Shown one piece after another: positions 1-11,292 of a stretch of 64,000 bases of DNA (position 1 is its first letter; each line of letters starts with the position of its first letter). The stretch lies in assembly GCF_006345805.1 (NCBI RefSeq), contig NC_042997.1, positions 158,658,001 through 158,722,000 of the forward strand, written 5' to 3'. The position numbers were made by a program, and so were the translations under genes. The stretch is from Octopus sinensis (taxonomy: Eukaryota). Below the pieces are notes generated by a model. That model was given only the letters and a program-made list of their open reading frames with translations, did not search any database and was not told the DNA's origin.

Positions 1-16
1 GGATATCGTGTAGTAA

Positions 17-104
17 TGCAGTATGGCCGTTTCAAGCGAATCTATTTAATTGAGCAATGTAATCATTACATCAGTTTAAATTCAGTGCTATCTTCAGTTG
101 CACA
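17..104 (-). ncRNA. Degenerate hammerhead ribozyme-like motif
   Basis: Minus strand: tgcaa CTGAAGA tagc...gctt GAAA cggcc atactgca. Core boxes are intact; the cleavage triplet and stem I junction are imperfect. Confidence 0.35.
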
Positions 105-459
105 AAATATGGAATTTTTAGCAAGTAGGACACATTAATGTAATTTTCCTTAAATATTTCAATGACCATACCTAGCCATGAGCTGTCAACTCACTCTTGT
201 TCTTTATTCAAAATAGACACAATCTTCTAGTCTCAGATTTAATAGATGATAAAGAGATAAATGAATTAGAAATTAATTACAACCCTCACAATCCTATAAC
301 CCCACTATGCTCCATGCGATTCTAAGAAATTGTAGTCTATTCTTAGTCACTTTGCTACAATAGCGACAGCATGAATTTCTTCCATCTTCTTACTCTGGTA
401 AAATATTTAAGAAAAATTATATCAATGTGACCAACTTGCTAAAAAAAGTCTATATTTTG

Positions 460-525
460 TGCAGCTGAAGATAGCACTGAATATAAATTTATGTAAGTGG
501 AGTCGCTTGAAACGGTCGAACTGCA
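460..525 (+). ncRNA. Degenerate hammerhead ribozyme-like motif
   Basis: tgcag CTGAAGA(465-471) t-agc...gct-t GAAA(509-512) cgg TC gaa ctgca. Stem I tgcag/ctgca is offset by 3 nt. Confidence 0.4.
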
Positions 526-550
526 TTACTACTTGATATTCTGTTGCTTA

Positions 551-753
551 AGGTGGCTAGCTGGCAGAATCTTTAGCACCCCGGGAGAAATGCTTCGCGG
601 TCTTTACGTTCTGAGTTCAAATTCCACCGAGGTTGACTTTGCCTTTCATCATTTCGGGGTCGATAACTTAAGTACCAGTTGCGTACTGGGTCAATCTAAT
701 CGACTAGTTCCCTCCCACCGAAAAATTTCGGACCCTGCACCTAGAGTGGAAAA
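551..753 (+). mobile_element. SINE family A (ggcggcgagctggcagaa... head)
   Basis: Similar to copies at 28351, 33052 and 35553. B-box-like gagttcaaattcc. 17-bp TSD tgatat(t/c)ctgttgctta at 534-550 and 754-770. Confidence 0.85.
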
Positions 754-880
754 TGATATCCTGTTGCTTATTTTGATTTTATTCACTTTACTTCGAGATG
801 TGCGTTTAGTACCGGACTGACTTGGTGCTTCAACGTAAGTACACAATTCAAGTGAATCTTAATTATTTCTTTTCTATACA

Positions 881-882
881 TT

Positions 883-945
<63 letters not shown>

Positions 946-1009
946 TTATATAGATTATATATATTTATTATATATATATATATATATATATATTTTTTAT
1001 ATGTATTTA

Positions 1010-1060
<51 letters not shown>

Positions 1061-1067
1061 GTATTTA

Positions 1068-1103
<36 letters not shown>

Positions 1104-1129
1104 TATGAATATATATGAAATATATATTC

Positions 1130-1160
<31 letters not shown>

Positions 1161-1225
1161 ATATATATATTCATATATAATATATATATATTATATATAT
1201 ATATATATTCATGTATATATATTAT
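881..1225. repeat. Imperfect (TA)n microsatellite
   Basis: Direct reading. Confidence 0.95.
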
Positions 1226-1553
1226 ATGGTATGTATTGGATTAACTGTTGAAGTGGACGGACGTCTATTTGTTTCTCTCCCAAGTCAGTAGCAAGCTACA
1301 CAGCTTCAAAACCTAACTGACCTTAAATATATATATATTGTAACCACGTGTTTACCTACAAACCCGTAAGTACGTTTTCATTTAACTACAAATGTTATAT
1401 ACACCTGTTTTTTCTTTTAATATCCTCAACAACCAAATAATCAAAACTCACACTTAAGAGAGAACATTTATATATAATACACTTCTTTAACTCCCAAGAA
1501 AGAATATATATTTTTTCAAAATCAAAAGGAAAACAAACAAAAGAAAAACAAAC

Positions 1554-2441
1554 ATGACTAACTTGCAGGCCTGCAACAGACGAAATTGGTCTGATAACGA
1601 AATTGATGTTTTAATAAACACTTGGTTCTCTCTTTCCCAAACAGAAAATCTAAATGTTTTGTGTTTGAATGAGATTGCCGAAAAAAACATCACAAGTGAT
1701 CAACACACGATCCGTCAAACAGATTCGTAGTAAACTGAAACATATCGAAGTATCTTTCAAACTGACAAAAGGCCATTATGAAAAGCTTCTCATATTTTCA
1801 CAGTTCAAGAACAGCAACAGCTAGAAAATCAGCAGCCACAACAACAACAACAACAGAATGAGCCACTCCTGGTTCCCAGCACAATGGCTGACCCTAACAT
1901 CGGTCAAGCACAACAACAACAACAACAACAGCCACAGCAACAAGAACAACAACAGCCACTCCTCAACTCTAGCGTACTAGATGATTCACTAAATGCCAGT
2001 ATCTTTACACTGCTCTCACGGCAACCACCACAATTATCATCATCATCATCACCACCGCTGCCACCATCGTCTTCTATCACCAAAAATACCAACAGAAAAC
2101 CAAATAAGAAACCACTGCCCTCTTCCCCCACATCACCACCTCAATACTACTGCAGTAACAAAAACTTAAAGAAACATAGGAAGCAGAATGCGACCCCCAC
2201 GGCACAAACAAGAAATCCCCAAATATGCCGCTATTCACTGCGCCAGAGACTCTGCACAAATAGTGACTGCATCTTCACGCATCTACCCGGCACTAGACGC
2301 ACTACCGGCCAAGGCCAAAGCACGCATCCCACAATAACATCAACACCACCAAATAGTAAATCGAAATTCAAAACAAACACCAACTCGGAGTCCCAAAATC
2401 TGCCGGTATTCCCAACGTTGAGAGAACATGTCTGCTACTGA
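1554..2441 (+). pseudogene. LINE ORF1 remnant: Myb/SANT-like N-terminus, polyQ/S/P linker, CCCH zinc finger
   Basis: ATG 1554 and ATG 1884 are in the same frame. MTNLQACNRRNWSDNEIDVLINTW...LNEIAEK, then after a shift in the A-run at 1681-1687, TSQVINTRSVKQIRSKLKHIEVSF, then back in frame near 1790 into polyQ. C-x8-C-x4-C-x3-H: CRYSLRQRLCTNSDCIFTH. Confidence 0.65.
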
Positions 2442-2844
2442 GTGACTGTCCCTTCCCTCATCTTCCAGGGACCCGACGCACAAACAGAAACGGGGCCTCA
2501 AGCCAACACACAAACCTGAATAAAAATAAAAATATAGACAACACACCATGCTGCAGTAATGCTGGTCCAGTCTTTTCAGGAAGACACAAAAACAACAACA
2601 CAAAAGTGGAAACTACAACCATACCAACAGTGCAACCACACCTCCAGCCAAAACTGCTCCCTAAGCAGGAAAATTCTTTTTAGCCATGTTGAACATGGCA
2701 AAAGAGATACACAAAAACATTCTAGCCATCACTCAACCACCATCCTATGCTATTACCCCAGTGCACCAATTCCCCACATTGCTGCCACTAACACACACAA
2801 AAATCCAAGCCCCCTGCAACAGTCAAAACAGCAGCCACTACACT

Positions 2845-5780
2845 AACCTCCACATTCCTACTCAATGCAAAAGGTGTCAGCCCTTCCATCAATGCACAAA
2901 AATGGAAGGTCCAATTCATTGAATGAAGACTGGGTTGGTAACCATTCACACCACATCCCTTTCTTCATTCTCACTGAGACCCACCTTGACAACTCCCACT
3001 GGAAGCCGAAGTGAGAGTGAAGAATTTCACAACCATCCGCGCGGATCGTATCGGCAGGAGAAGGAAGGGTGGAACTGCCATTTTCCTGCATGATTCATTT
3101 ACGGCAGATGGAAATAGTATATTCTCCAACGGCTACTGTGAATCAGTCACCGTGCACAACAAAGCCAATGACCTGACAGTAATTGGGCTCTATAGGCCGC
3201 CCCAAACACCCATACTGTGCTTTAAAGAATGCCTCAACAGCATTAAGTGCTTTATTCAACAGTGCCATTCTAGCAACATACTCATGAGTGGGAGACTTCA
3301 ATCTACCCTGTGTGACTGGACTACAAATGTTTGAAACCAAGCACTCCCGCCTCAACCGCTGACAAAGAAGCAGCAGAGTCACTTTTCGACTTTACGAATG
3401 AGTTTTTCTTGTCCCAACTTGTCCTTGCACCAACAAGACATCAGAAACTTTGGACCTAGTGTTTAGTAACCACACTAACACTATACATAACGTTACAGTG
3501 GAAAAAACCCTTCTTTCAGACCATGACATGGTTCTCTGTAACATGAAATTCCACCAGCCGAAAGCTAATCCTAGTGACCTTCCTCCAGCCCACCATTTGA
3601 CAACATGGATCTCCATAATGCCAACTGGGATGCAATCAGGAACGAGCTATCACATGTTGACTGGTCCTTTACACATACACACATCTCCACCAACCATAAA
3701 ACATCTTGGCAGATCTTTGTAGACACCGTCACAGACATATGTGCAAAACTCCCCACCAAGACCTGTGAACAAAAAGTGCAGAATCCCCAAAACAGAAAAA
3801 CTATTATCAGAAAAATAAAAAGAACAAACAAAAAAATTAACAAACTAAAGTACTGCCAACAGCAACACACACATTCGACGGCTATCGCACTGCTTGAATC
3901 CAAAAAATATAACCTCCAACAATGCATGAAGACCCTCATCAATAACCAAAGATCAGCTGAGGAGAAGTGGGCCATTGGAAAAATCAAAACTCAACCCCAA
4001 AGTGTTCTTTTCATTTGCGAGGAAACGCAGGGTCACTGTCTCCACTGTAGGCCCTCTAATTGACGAAAACTGGCACTCTCCAAGATAATGCCCAAATCCA
4101 TGCCGAGATACTGCAGAAACAATACTGCTCTGTTTTTCAGCAATCCTGATATGGCCGATCTGGGCTGTATCAGTGATGTCAAACCCCAACACACTATATC
4201 GGACATAACGTTTAGTGCCCCTGATGTCTTAGCGGCGATAAAACGAAATAAAACACAATTCAGCAGTAGGCCCCGATAGGTTCCTGCTTGTGTCCTGAAG
4301 GTGTGTCGACACCAACTTGCATCTCCCCTGCTAATCTGTGGAGAAACTCACTGGATGCTGGCTATATTCCAAAAAACCTTCTGTCCCAGTCTGTTGTCCC
4401 AGTTTTCAAAAAGGGAAACAAGTCCCTTGCAGTGAATTACCGTCCGATCTCACTCACCTCTCATATCATCACGGTATTTGAGGGGTGGTGAGATCTCGAA
4501 TAACCCAATTTCTGGAAAGCAACAGACGGCTGATCTCCAACCAACATGGGCTCCGTAATGGAAGGGACTGCCTAAACGCAGCTCCTGCATCACTTTGAGG
4601 ACATTTTGAGAGCTTTGGGAGAGGGCTCCAACACCGATGTCATCTACCTTGATTTCAGTAAGGCCTTCGACAGGGTCGATCACAAGATCTATTGAAAAAA
4701 CTATCCAACATTGGTGTCTCTGGAAAGTTACTGAAATGGATCAAGTGTTTCCTGACAGACAGATCTCAACATGTTGTAGTTGAAGGGGTAAAATCAAGCC
4801 CAGCCAAAGTCAGTAGTGGCGTTCCGCAAGGCACTGTGCTGGGCCCACTTCTTTTCATCATTTACATTAATGACATTAATGACATCATCAAGCACAGCAG
4901 CATAAAAATCTTTGCAGATGACTCCAAGCTACAGAAGGTCATAAATGAGGCGAGTGACCGGACATGCCTTCAATCAGATCTACTGGCTGTTATCCAATGG
5001 GCAGAAAAAAAACAATATGCTGCTGAACGAGGATAAATTTGAGCTAATCCACTTTGGAAAAGAGGATGCCCTGAAACTCCCATACTCCCTTCCTTCAGGT
5101 GAAACTCTCGCGGCGTCCAACAACATCAGAGACCTGGGAGTAATTGTGGACAAACAACATAAGCTGGGCCACTCATATAAACACCAAAGTTGACATGGCC
5201 CGCAGAATGTGTTCCTGGATTCTCAGAACTTTCCAGTCGTGAGATATCCACACCATTATCCTTCTCTTCTCCACTTTTGCCCGACCCCACTTGAATACTG
5301 TTGTCCACTGTGGTCTCCCCACACAATACAAGGTATCATAAAAGTTGAAGCACCTCAAAAGCAATCACAAAAAAGATAGATGGCATGACAGGCCTCGACT
5401 ATTGGGGGTCGACTAGAAAAGCTAAAACTCTATTCTCTCCAACGTCGTCGTGAGCGCTACATCATCTGCATGATGTGGAAAATATTCCATCAGCATTGCC
5501 CAAATGATGTTGGCATCACCTTTAAGGTACATCCAAGGCTTGGGCCCCGTGCCATCCGCCCAAAACAAAAATCGCACTCTCATCTCATAACAACAATACG
5601 GCACAATTATTCACCTCAATTGGCCCCGCTCTCTTTAACATTACACCAAAACACATTAAAACAGAAACTGACCCTATAGGGTTCAAGAAGTCTTTGGACA
5701 GATCCTTCAAGAAATCCCGGATAAACCCCCTACACCCGGATATGCCTCTGTAAACAATAACTCTCTACTTGAGTGGGCCA
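2845..5780 (+). pseudogene. LINE ORF2 remnant (AP endonuclease + reverse transcriptase)
   Basis: Motifs across frames: LLNAKG, ILTETHL, RADRIGRRRKGGTAIF, GDFNLP, TLDLVFSN, LSDHD (APE); NYRPISLTS, DVIYLDFSKAFDRVDH, SGVPQGTVLGPLLFIIYIND, IFADDSKL (RT). Many frameshifts and stops. Confidence 0.92.
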
Positions 5781-5888
5781 TAGTGCCCAATTCTGACTTG
5801 AAAGACTTCACCAGGTGGTGCTATTAAGTTAGACATGGCCTGGGCCAATATGGCCGAAAACCTATCAAGTATCAAAGTATCAAAGTAT

Positions 5889-6013
5889 ATTCATATATAT
5901 ATTCAGATATATATATATAGTATATATAAGATTATATATATATATATATATATATTAATATATATATAGATATATATATATATATTATATATATATGTAT
6001 ATATATATATATA

Positions 6014-6059
<46 letters not shown>

Positions 6060-6211
6060 TATATATAAAAGGGCTTAGAAAATAAATATTACTATCAGAT
6101 CAGTATGCGGCAAAGTATATTATAATATATATAATATATATTTATATATGGTGAAATTGATATAATAATTATTTTATTGTGAAATATATATATATATATA
6201 TATATTCTAAT

Positions 6212-6245
<34 letters not shown>

Positions 6246-6258
6246 ATATATATATATT
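5889..6258. repeat. Imperfect (TA)n microsatellite blocks
   Basis: Direct reading. Confidence 0.9.
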
Positions 6259-6261
6259 TTT

Positions 6262-7205
6262 CTAGTTTCAGCTCACAAGCTGTGGCCATGCTGGGGCACC
6301 GCCATTTGGTGTTGCTACATGATTTTACTTCACGAATGCTTTTTAGCAACTGCCTTTGGTGCATGAGAGAGTTCGATGCAACTGCCCTCATCTGCACCTC
6401 CTGCCGTGAAGTTGGTTCATCTGGGACACCTGACAAGAAGAGATCCAGTTTATTTTAAAGACATCTGCATCCACCCCATGCAGGTCTATTAGGTTCTTCG
6501 GGAGGATATTGAAGAGCTGTGGGGCCTCCGAAGCCCAGGCTATCACAGTATCTCGTCCTACATCTTGATGGCAAATTTGGAGTCCTTGGCACGATGCAGT
6601 GGCGCCCAGTTCTGGCATTTGTGTAACTCTCGATGCCAAAGTTTGGGACAAGTCCTTTAGCATCTTCCAGATGTATATATGGTATATCTTCTCGCCCGCT
6701 CTAAGGAATAGAGTTTTAATCTCTTGAGTCTTTCCCAGTAGCTTATATGCTGCACAGAGGCTATCTTCTTCGTGTAGCTTCGTTGGATCGCCTCAAGTTC
6801 TGTGATTAACTTGACACTGAATGGTGACCATAGCTGAGAGCAATAGTCAAAGTGGCTTAGAACAAGTGTCCCCAGAGGACCATCATGGCTTCCCGGTCTC
6901 TTGTTCTAAAGGTTCTAAGATTCCATCCGGTCAGCCGCCTACATTTCATTGCCAATTTAGCAACACGCACATGAAAGGTTGCATTATCCCTCGTGTAAAT
7001 ACCCAGGTCTCGCACTGATTGTGCCCCTGGGATTGCAATCCCTCCGGGTCCAGTGTATTCATTGGGTATTGCATTTAGTTTTGCATGCTGATAGCATAAA
7101 GCTCGTAACTTTTCAGCATTGAACTGCATGATATTCTTTTCAGCCCACTTGTATATTTGTCCAGCTCACATTGCAGGTGCTTTGTGTCTTCAGGGTTCTG
7201 TATTG
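6262..7205 (-). mobile_element. 5'-truncated CR1-like LINE, second family (CR1-2)
   Basis: Minus-strand motifs: [51 protein letters not shown]. 3' tail ggcggtgccccagcatggccacagcttgtgagctgaaactag. Confidence 0.88.
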
Positions 7206-7219
7206 CATTATATATATAT

Positions 7220-7273
<54 letters not shown>

Positions 7274-7386
7274 TATATATATATGCATATATACATATAT
7301 AGAATATATATATATATATAGTATATATGCATATATATATATATATATATGCATATATATATATATTGCATATAATATATATATAA

Positions 7387-7428
<42 letters not shown>

Positions 7429-7643
7429 TATATATATATATATATATATGCATATATATATATATATATGGATATATATATTATAATATATTGCCTATCT
7501 ATATATATATATATATAGATATATATGCATATATATATATGCATATATATTATATATATATATATATTATATATGCATATATATATATATATGCATATAT
7601 ACATATATATATATTTATGCATATATATATATATATATATATG

Positions 7644-7677
<34 letters not shown>

Positions 7678-7705
7678 TATATATATATAATATATGATAT
7701 AAAAA

Positions 7706-7752
<47 letters not shown>
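7206..7752. repeat. (TA)n array periodically interrupted by GC
   Basis: Direct reading; recurrent atatatgcatatat units. Confidence 0.95.
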
Positions 7753-7755
<3 letters not shown>

Positions 7756-8984
7756 GAATCGAAGCAGACGAATTCGAGAAAGTGTTTATTCTATCAGGCA
7801 TAGTAACTGTTTTTTACAGACACATTGAAAAGATATAATTTCAAAATTCCATACCTGAAATGGAAAAAATGAAGGATACATTTTCAAGTTTTATGTTATG
7901 ATAATTTGTCATTTAGACATTCTGTGGAGTATGCAGAAACGGAATACAGTTGCAAATAACACAAATCCGGTATACAGGAGCAAACACCATGACATTCCTC
8001 CGCAATAGCCACTGAAGGACACGACATACAGAAGGAGACGAGCAAAAGGCAAAATCCTACCTCATCGCAGCACCGAGAAATAGAGACCTGAAAATAAAGA
8101 GGAGATAGATGAATAAGTGCTGTTAAAATAATCACCAACAATTACACGCCGACTATTGAGAAGAAGCGAAAAACAAAACCTGAGAGATTCTCAATATCGT
8201 GTCAATAGGAAATAAATACGGTGTGTAAGCCATTGGTTATGCAAAACCTTGTCAGTGAGTAATAAATGTACAGTAGGGAAGCAGTCATACCGGAAAAACT
8301 GTGTAGCTGTAGAGAATCAAAGTGGTGTTATAATTTGAATAAAAACACTTATTTACTCCTTATGGTGATTCTACTTAGCAGTACAAAGTAGTATTTGGGT
8401 TGATTTTAATGCTTTCTGTAGCTCAGATTTTCTTTACTATTTTAAATTTATCCCTTCCCTTTTAAGCTAATTTTTATTAACTGTATTCTAACATTTGTTA
8501 TTTAGAGTCACACAATCTTCGTGCTTTTACCTTTCTCTTCTCAAAGCTCGTTTTTCCAGCGTTCACCACTTCACAACGTCTTGGCTTAACAGCCCTCACC
8601 ATTTGTTTTTATTGTTTTGTTCTCATTGTCCTGTTTATCTTACCACTTTCACTCTCCGCAAAAAATCCCAAATTTTATTTAATTTGCTCCGCGGGAAGGA
8701 CTGTTTTAAAGTAGTCACGTCTTGTCCCTACCTTCGAAACGTGGGGTAGATAAAACAGTGAATAACTGATGAAGGGAATGTTCTTTATGTTGCTTGTCTT
8801 GTTTCTCTGTTAGTGTTTTTTCGTTTTCTATGTTTTTGTTTTTATTTTCTCTTTTCTCATTCTGTCTACGTTGTTTTATGTCCTGTACCCATATATGCAT
8901 GTATAAATACATATGTATGTAGGTATGTACATATATGTGTGCATATATGCATATTTATAATTATATATATTATATATTTATATA

Positions 8985-9041
<57 letters not shown>

Positions 9042-9570
9042 GGTGTGTGTGTTGTGTGTGTGTGTTAGTAAATATGTATGTGCGTTTGTATGTAAATGTG
9101 ATAATAATTTTAAAGAAAAAGAACTTACTGCAATAACGAAGGACAATAGTGCTGTGTACAATATATAAATTTAATAACTGGATTATCTCTTCACCTATAT
9201 TTCAACTAACACTGTTACCGTTTCCGGATCTTCAGATAATATATGAAATTCATCTTTTCATGTTAAATGCTAAATTCATAATTAAGATAAGCTTATTTTC
9301 TTTATTGCTTGAATTGACTATCACTTTTACCGAATTATCTGTTAATTTATTGCAAATTATATCTGCGTTCTATTTACTACATATAATTATACCCATCAAT
9401 ATGTCTCTTTGAATTTACCTGTCTATCTTTGCATTGTAATATACATATATGATATTTTCTATAACCAAGTATATTTGCGTGCAGTTGAAGGAAAAAAGCA
9501 ATATAATATCGTATATTAGTCATTGTGTTTTTCTTATCAATTACCTCTTGCAACCAGAGGGATGTTACTC

Positions 9571-9835
9571 AAACTGGCACTTCATGAGTTACGATGACTG
9601 GGGTTCCAGTTGATCAGATCAACGGAACAGCTGAGCACTCCACAGTCACGTGTACACTTACCGTAGTTCTCGTGTAGATTAAGAGTGACACAAAGTGTGA
9701 GAAGGTTGTTTTTTTAATACCTGTATAACAGATTTTTCCAGCAACGTGAAATATAGACACAGCGCACTACTGGGAATCAATCTCACGACCACTAAGCCAC
9801 TAAGTACCCTGACAACTAAGCCACGCTCCTTCACC
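9571..9835 (-). mobile_element. tRNA-headed SINE (family C head, gagaactacg-type tail)
   Basis: Minus-strand head gtgaaggagcgtggcttagt. Tail homologous to 54608-54760. Perfect 13-bp TSD agggatgttactc at 9558-9570 and 9836-9848. Confidence 0.8.
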
Positions 9836-9944
9836 AGGGATGTTACTCTAACATTAGTGTCCCACATCACAATTTGATATTTTCTGTTTATGATGTGTAG
9901 CTGTGCTTTTTATAGGCTAATCATTTTCACATTTCCATCATCAC

Positions 9945-10001
<57 letters not shown>

Positions 10002-10009
<8 letters not shown>

Positions 10010-10231
10010 GTTGTATACTGTCAATCTAACACGAACGTGACAGTAGGGGGTTACACCACCGCTGTTTAGCCCTAGGAAGCATCGACGCCTCCTGATGGCT
10101 TTGACACATTTTTCCTGTGTCCTTATATACATTTACGAAGGGGAGACAAATACCCCAGCCGGTAAAACAGCGGTGGTGTACCCCCCTTTTGTCACGTTCG
10201 TGTTAGATTGACAGTATACAAACCATTCTAT
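10002..10231. mobile_element. Foldback MITE, about 230 bp, with about 65-bp TIRs
   Basis: atagaatggtt(t)gtatactgtcaatctaacacgaacgtgaca...acaccaccgctgttt is mirrored at both ends. Abuts a (TA)n run. Confidence 0.8.
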
Positions 10232-10283
10232 CGCCCCACCACCGTACATATCTCTACGAGAGATTTAGAATATATTAGTATAT

Positions 10284-10335
<52 letters not shown>

Positions 10336-10743
10336 TTTAAAATAATAAGGGTGAAATATTGAATATCAACTTGATTAATATCAATTTAAAAAATCAGTGG
10401 ACTAGCATATTGCAAAAAATATTCTACTTACAGGTCATCCATCTTATATATATATATTATGTTATATTATATTATATTATATTATATTATATTATATTAT
10501 ATTATATTATATTATTAGGGAATATTACTTCCGAGTACACAGAGGAAAATACATTCAAATTAGATGTACTAAATTGAACATCTCTCAATGTTTAATTCGT
10601 ATATATGAAAGTAGTGTTAGAGATAGAACCACCTGCAACTCAATCAACATTGAAATATTTTATACCCGAGCACTCCATAAAATGTTAAATATTAAATTTT
10701 ATACTAGCTGTATCTATTCTAAATTCCGTATTTTCCGTTTACA

Positions 10744-10843
10744 AGACTACACGTGTTTCATGAAAGTACATCGGTATCGATATCAAACGAGATATCTAAT
10801 TTCAATACATAATCGGTTCGATATACTCCCAATCTTCAGGTCT
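10744..10843 (-). ncRNA. Type I hammerhead ribozyme with U.U at the base of stem II
   Basis: agac CTGAAGA t-tgggagtatatcg [45-nt loop] cgatgtactttca-t GAAA cacgtg T A gtct. Stem I 4 bp, stem II 13 bp (3 G.U), palindromic stem III ACACGTGT, GUA triplet. Confidence 0.7.
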
Positions 10844-11194
10844 GGGTTCCTCAACATTTTTCACTACCCCTACCTCTTATATACCTCCATGACACTCGAA
10901 TTCTTCAATATAATCTTACTTAACATATACAAATGAATGGAAATACAAATAATAAATAAATAAAAATAATAACTGAATATTAAAATTTAAGGAGTAAAAA
11001 TCTAAGGAATAAAAATTCAAGGAATAAACTTTTAAGGAAAAAACATTTAAAGAGAAAAAAGTACGAGTAAAAATTACGAATAAAAGTTACGAATAACGAA
11101 TAAAGAATTGCGAATGAACAAATTCGAAATAAAAATTATATATATATATATAAAAAACTGTAAATATAATATGTGACAATTATTCGGTAGCCAT

Positions 11195-11254
11195 GATAAA
11201 CTCCGAGTTTCGGATGTCAGGGCGGAAACCCACGCCGGCATCTCTTCAGTTATC
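11195..11254 (-). ncRNA. Near-canonical hammerhead motif inside a foldback
   Basis: gata-a CTGAAGA gatg...catc-c GAAA ctcggag T T tatc. Two single-nt register slips. Confidence 0.5.
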
Positions 11255-11292
11255 GGGCTGGCCTGATAACTGAAGAGATGCCGGCGTGGGTT
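11227..11292. repeat. Perfect 28-bp inverted repeat with 10-nt spacer
   Basis: aacccacgccggcatctcttcagttatc (11227-11254) and gataactgaagagatgccggcgtgggtt (11265-11292). Confidence 0.95.

Larger units (their letters stand above)
1..545 (+). mobile_element. Decayed Penelope-like element end with inverted terminal-repeat (pLTR) copies
   Basis: 1-110 is the reverse complement of about 452-545 (tattttgtgca-CTGAAGAtagcactgaat...gcttGAAAcgg-c..actgcattactac). Both copies carry a hammerhead-like core. No coding remnant recognised between them. Confidence 0.55.
1230..5888 (+). mobile_element. Near full-length, frameshifted CR1/L2-like LINE (element CR1-1)
   Basis: ORF1 remnant, then APE endonuclease, then RT. 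Ends in a short tandem tail (tatcaaag)n at 5863-5888. The 5' boundary is approximate. Confidence 0.9.

Noticed and set aside
7075-7803. Long YI/IY, CV, TH and LSIY ORFs here and throughout the ORF track (e.g. 13746-14150, 20676-21423, 44445-45594, 63017-63711)
   Set aside because: They are translations of stop-free microsatellites, not genes.
8690-8790. cttcGAAAcgt followed by CTGATGAagg
   Set aside because: The boxes are in the wrong order for type I and no consistent three-stem fold was found. Probably a decayed pLTR.
9205-9240. Minus strand CTGAAGA-tccg-GAAA-cgg-TA
   Set aside because: Stem I does not pair and stem II is only 4 nt.
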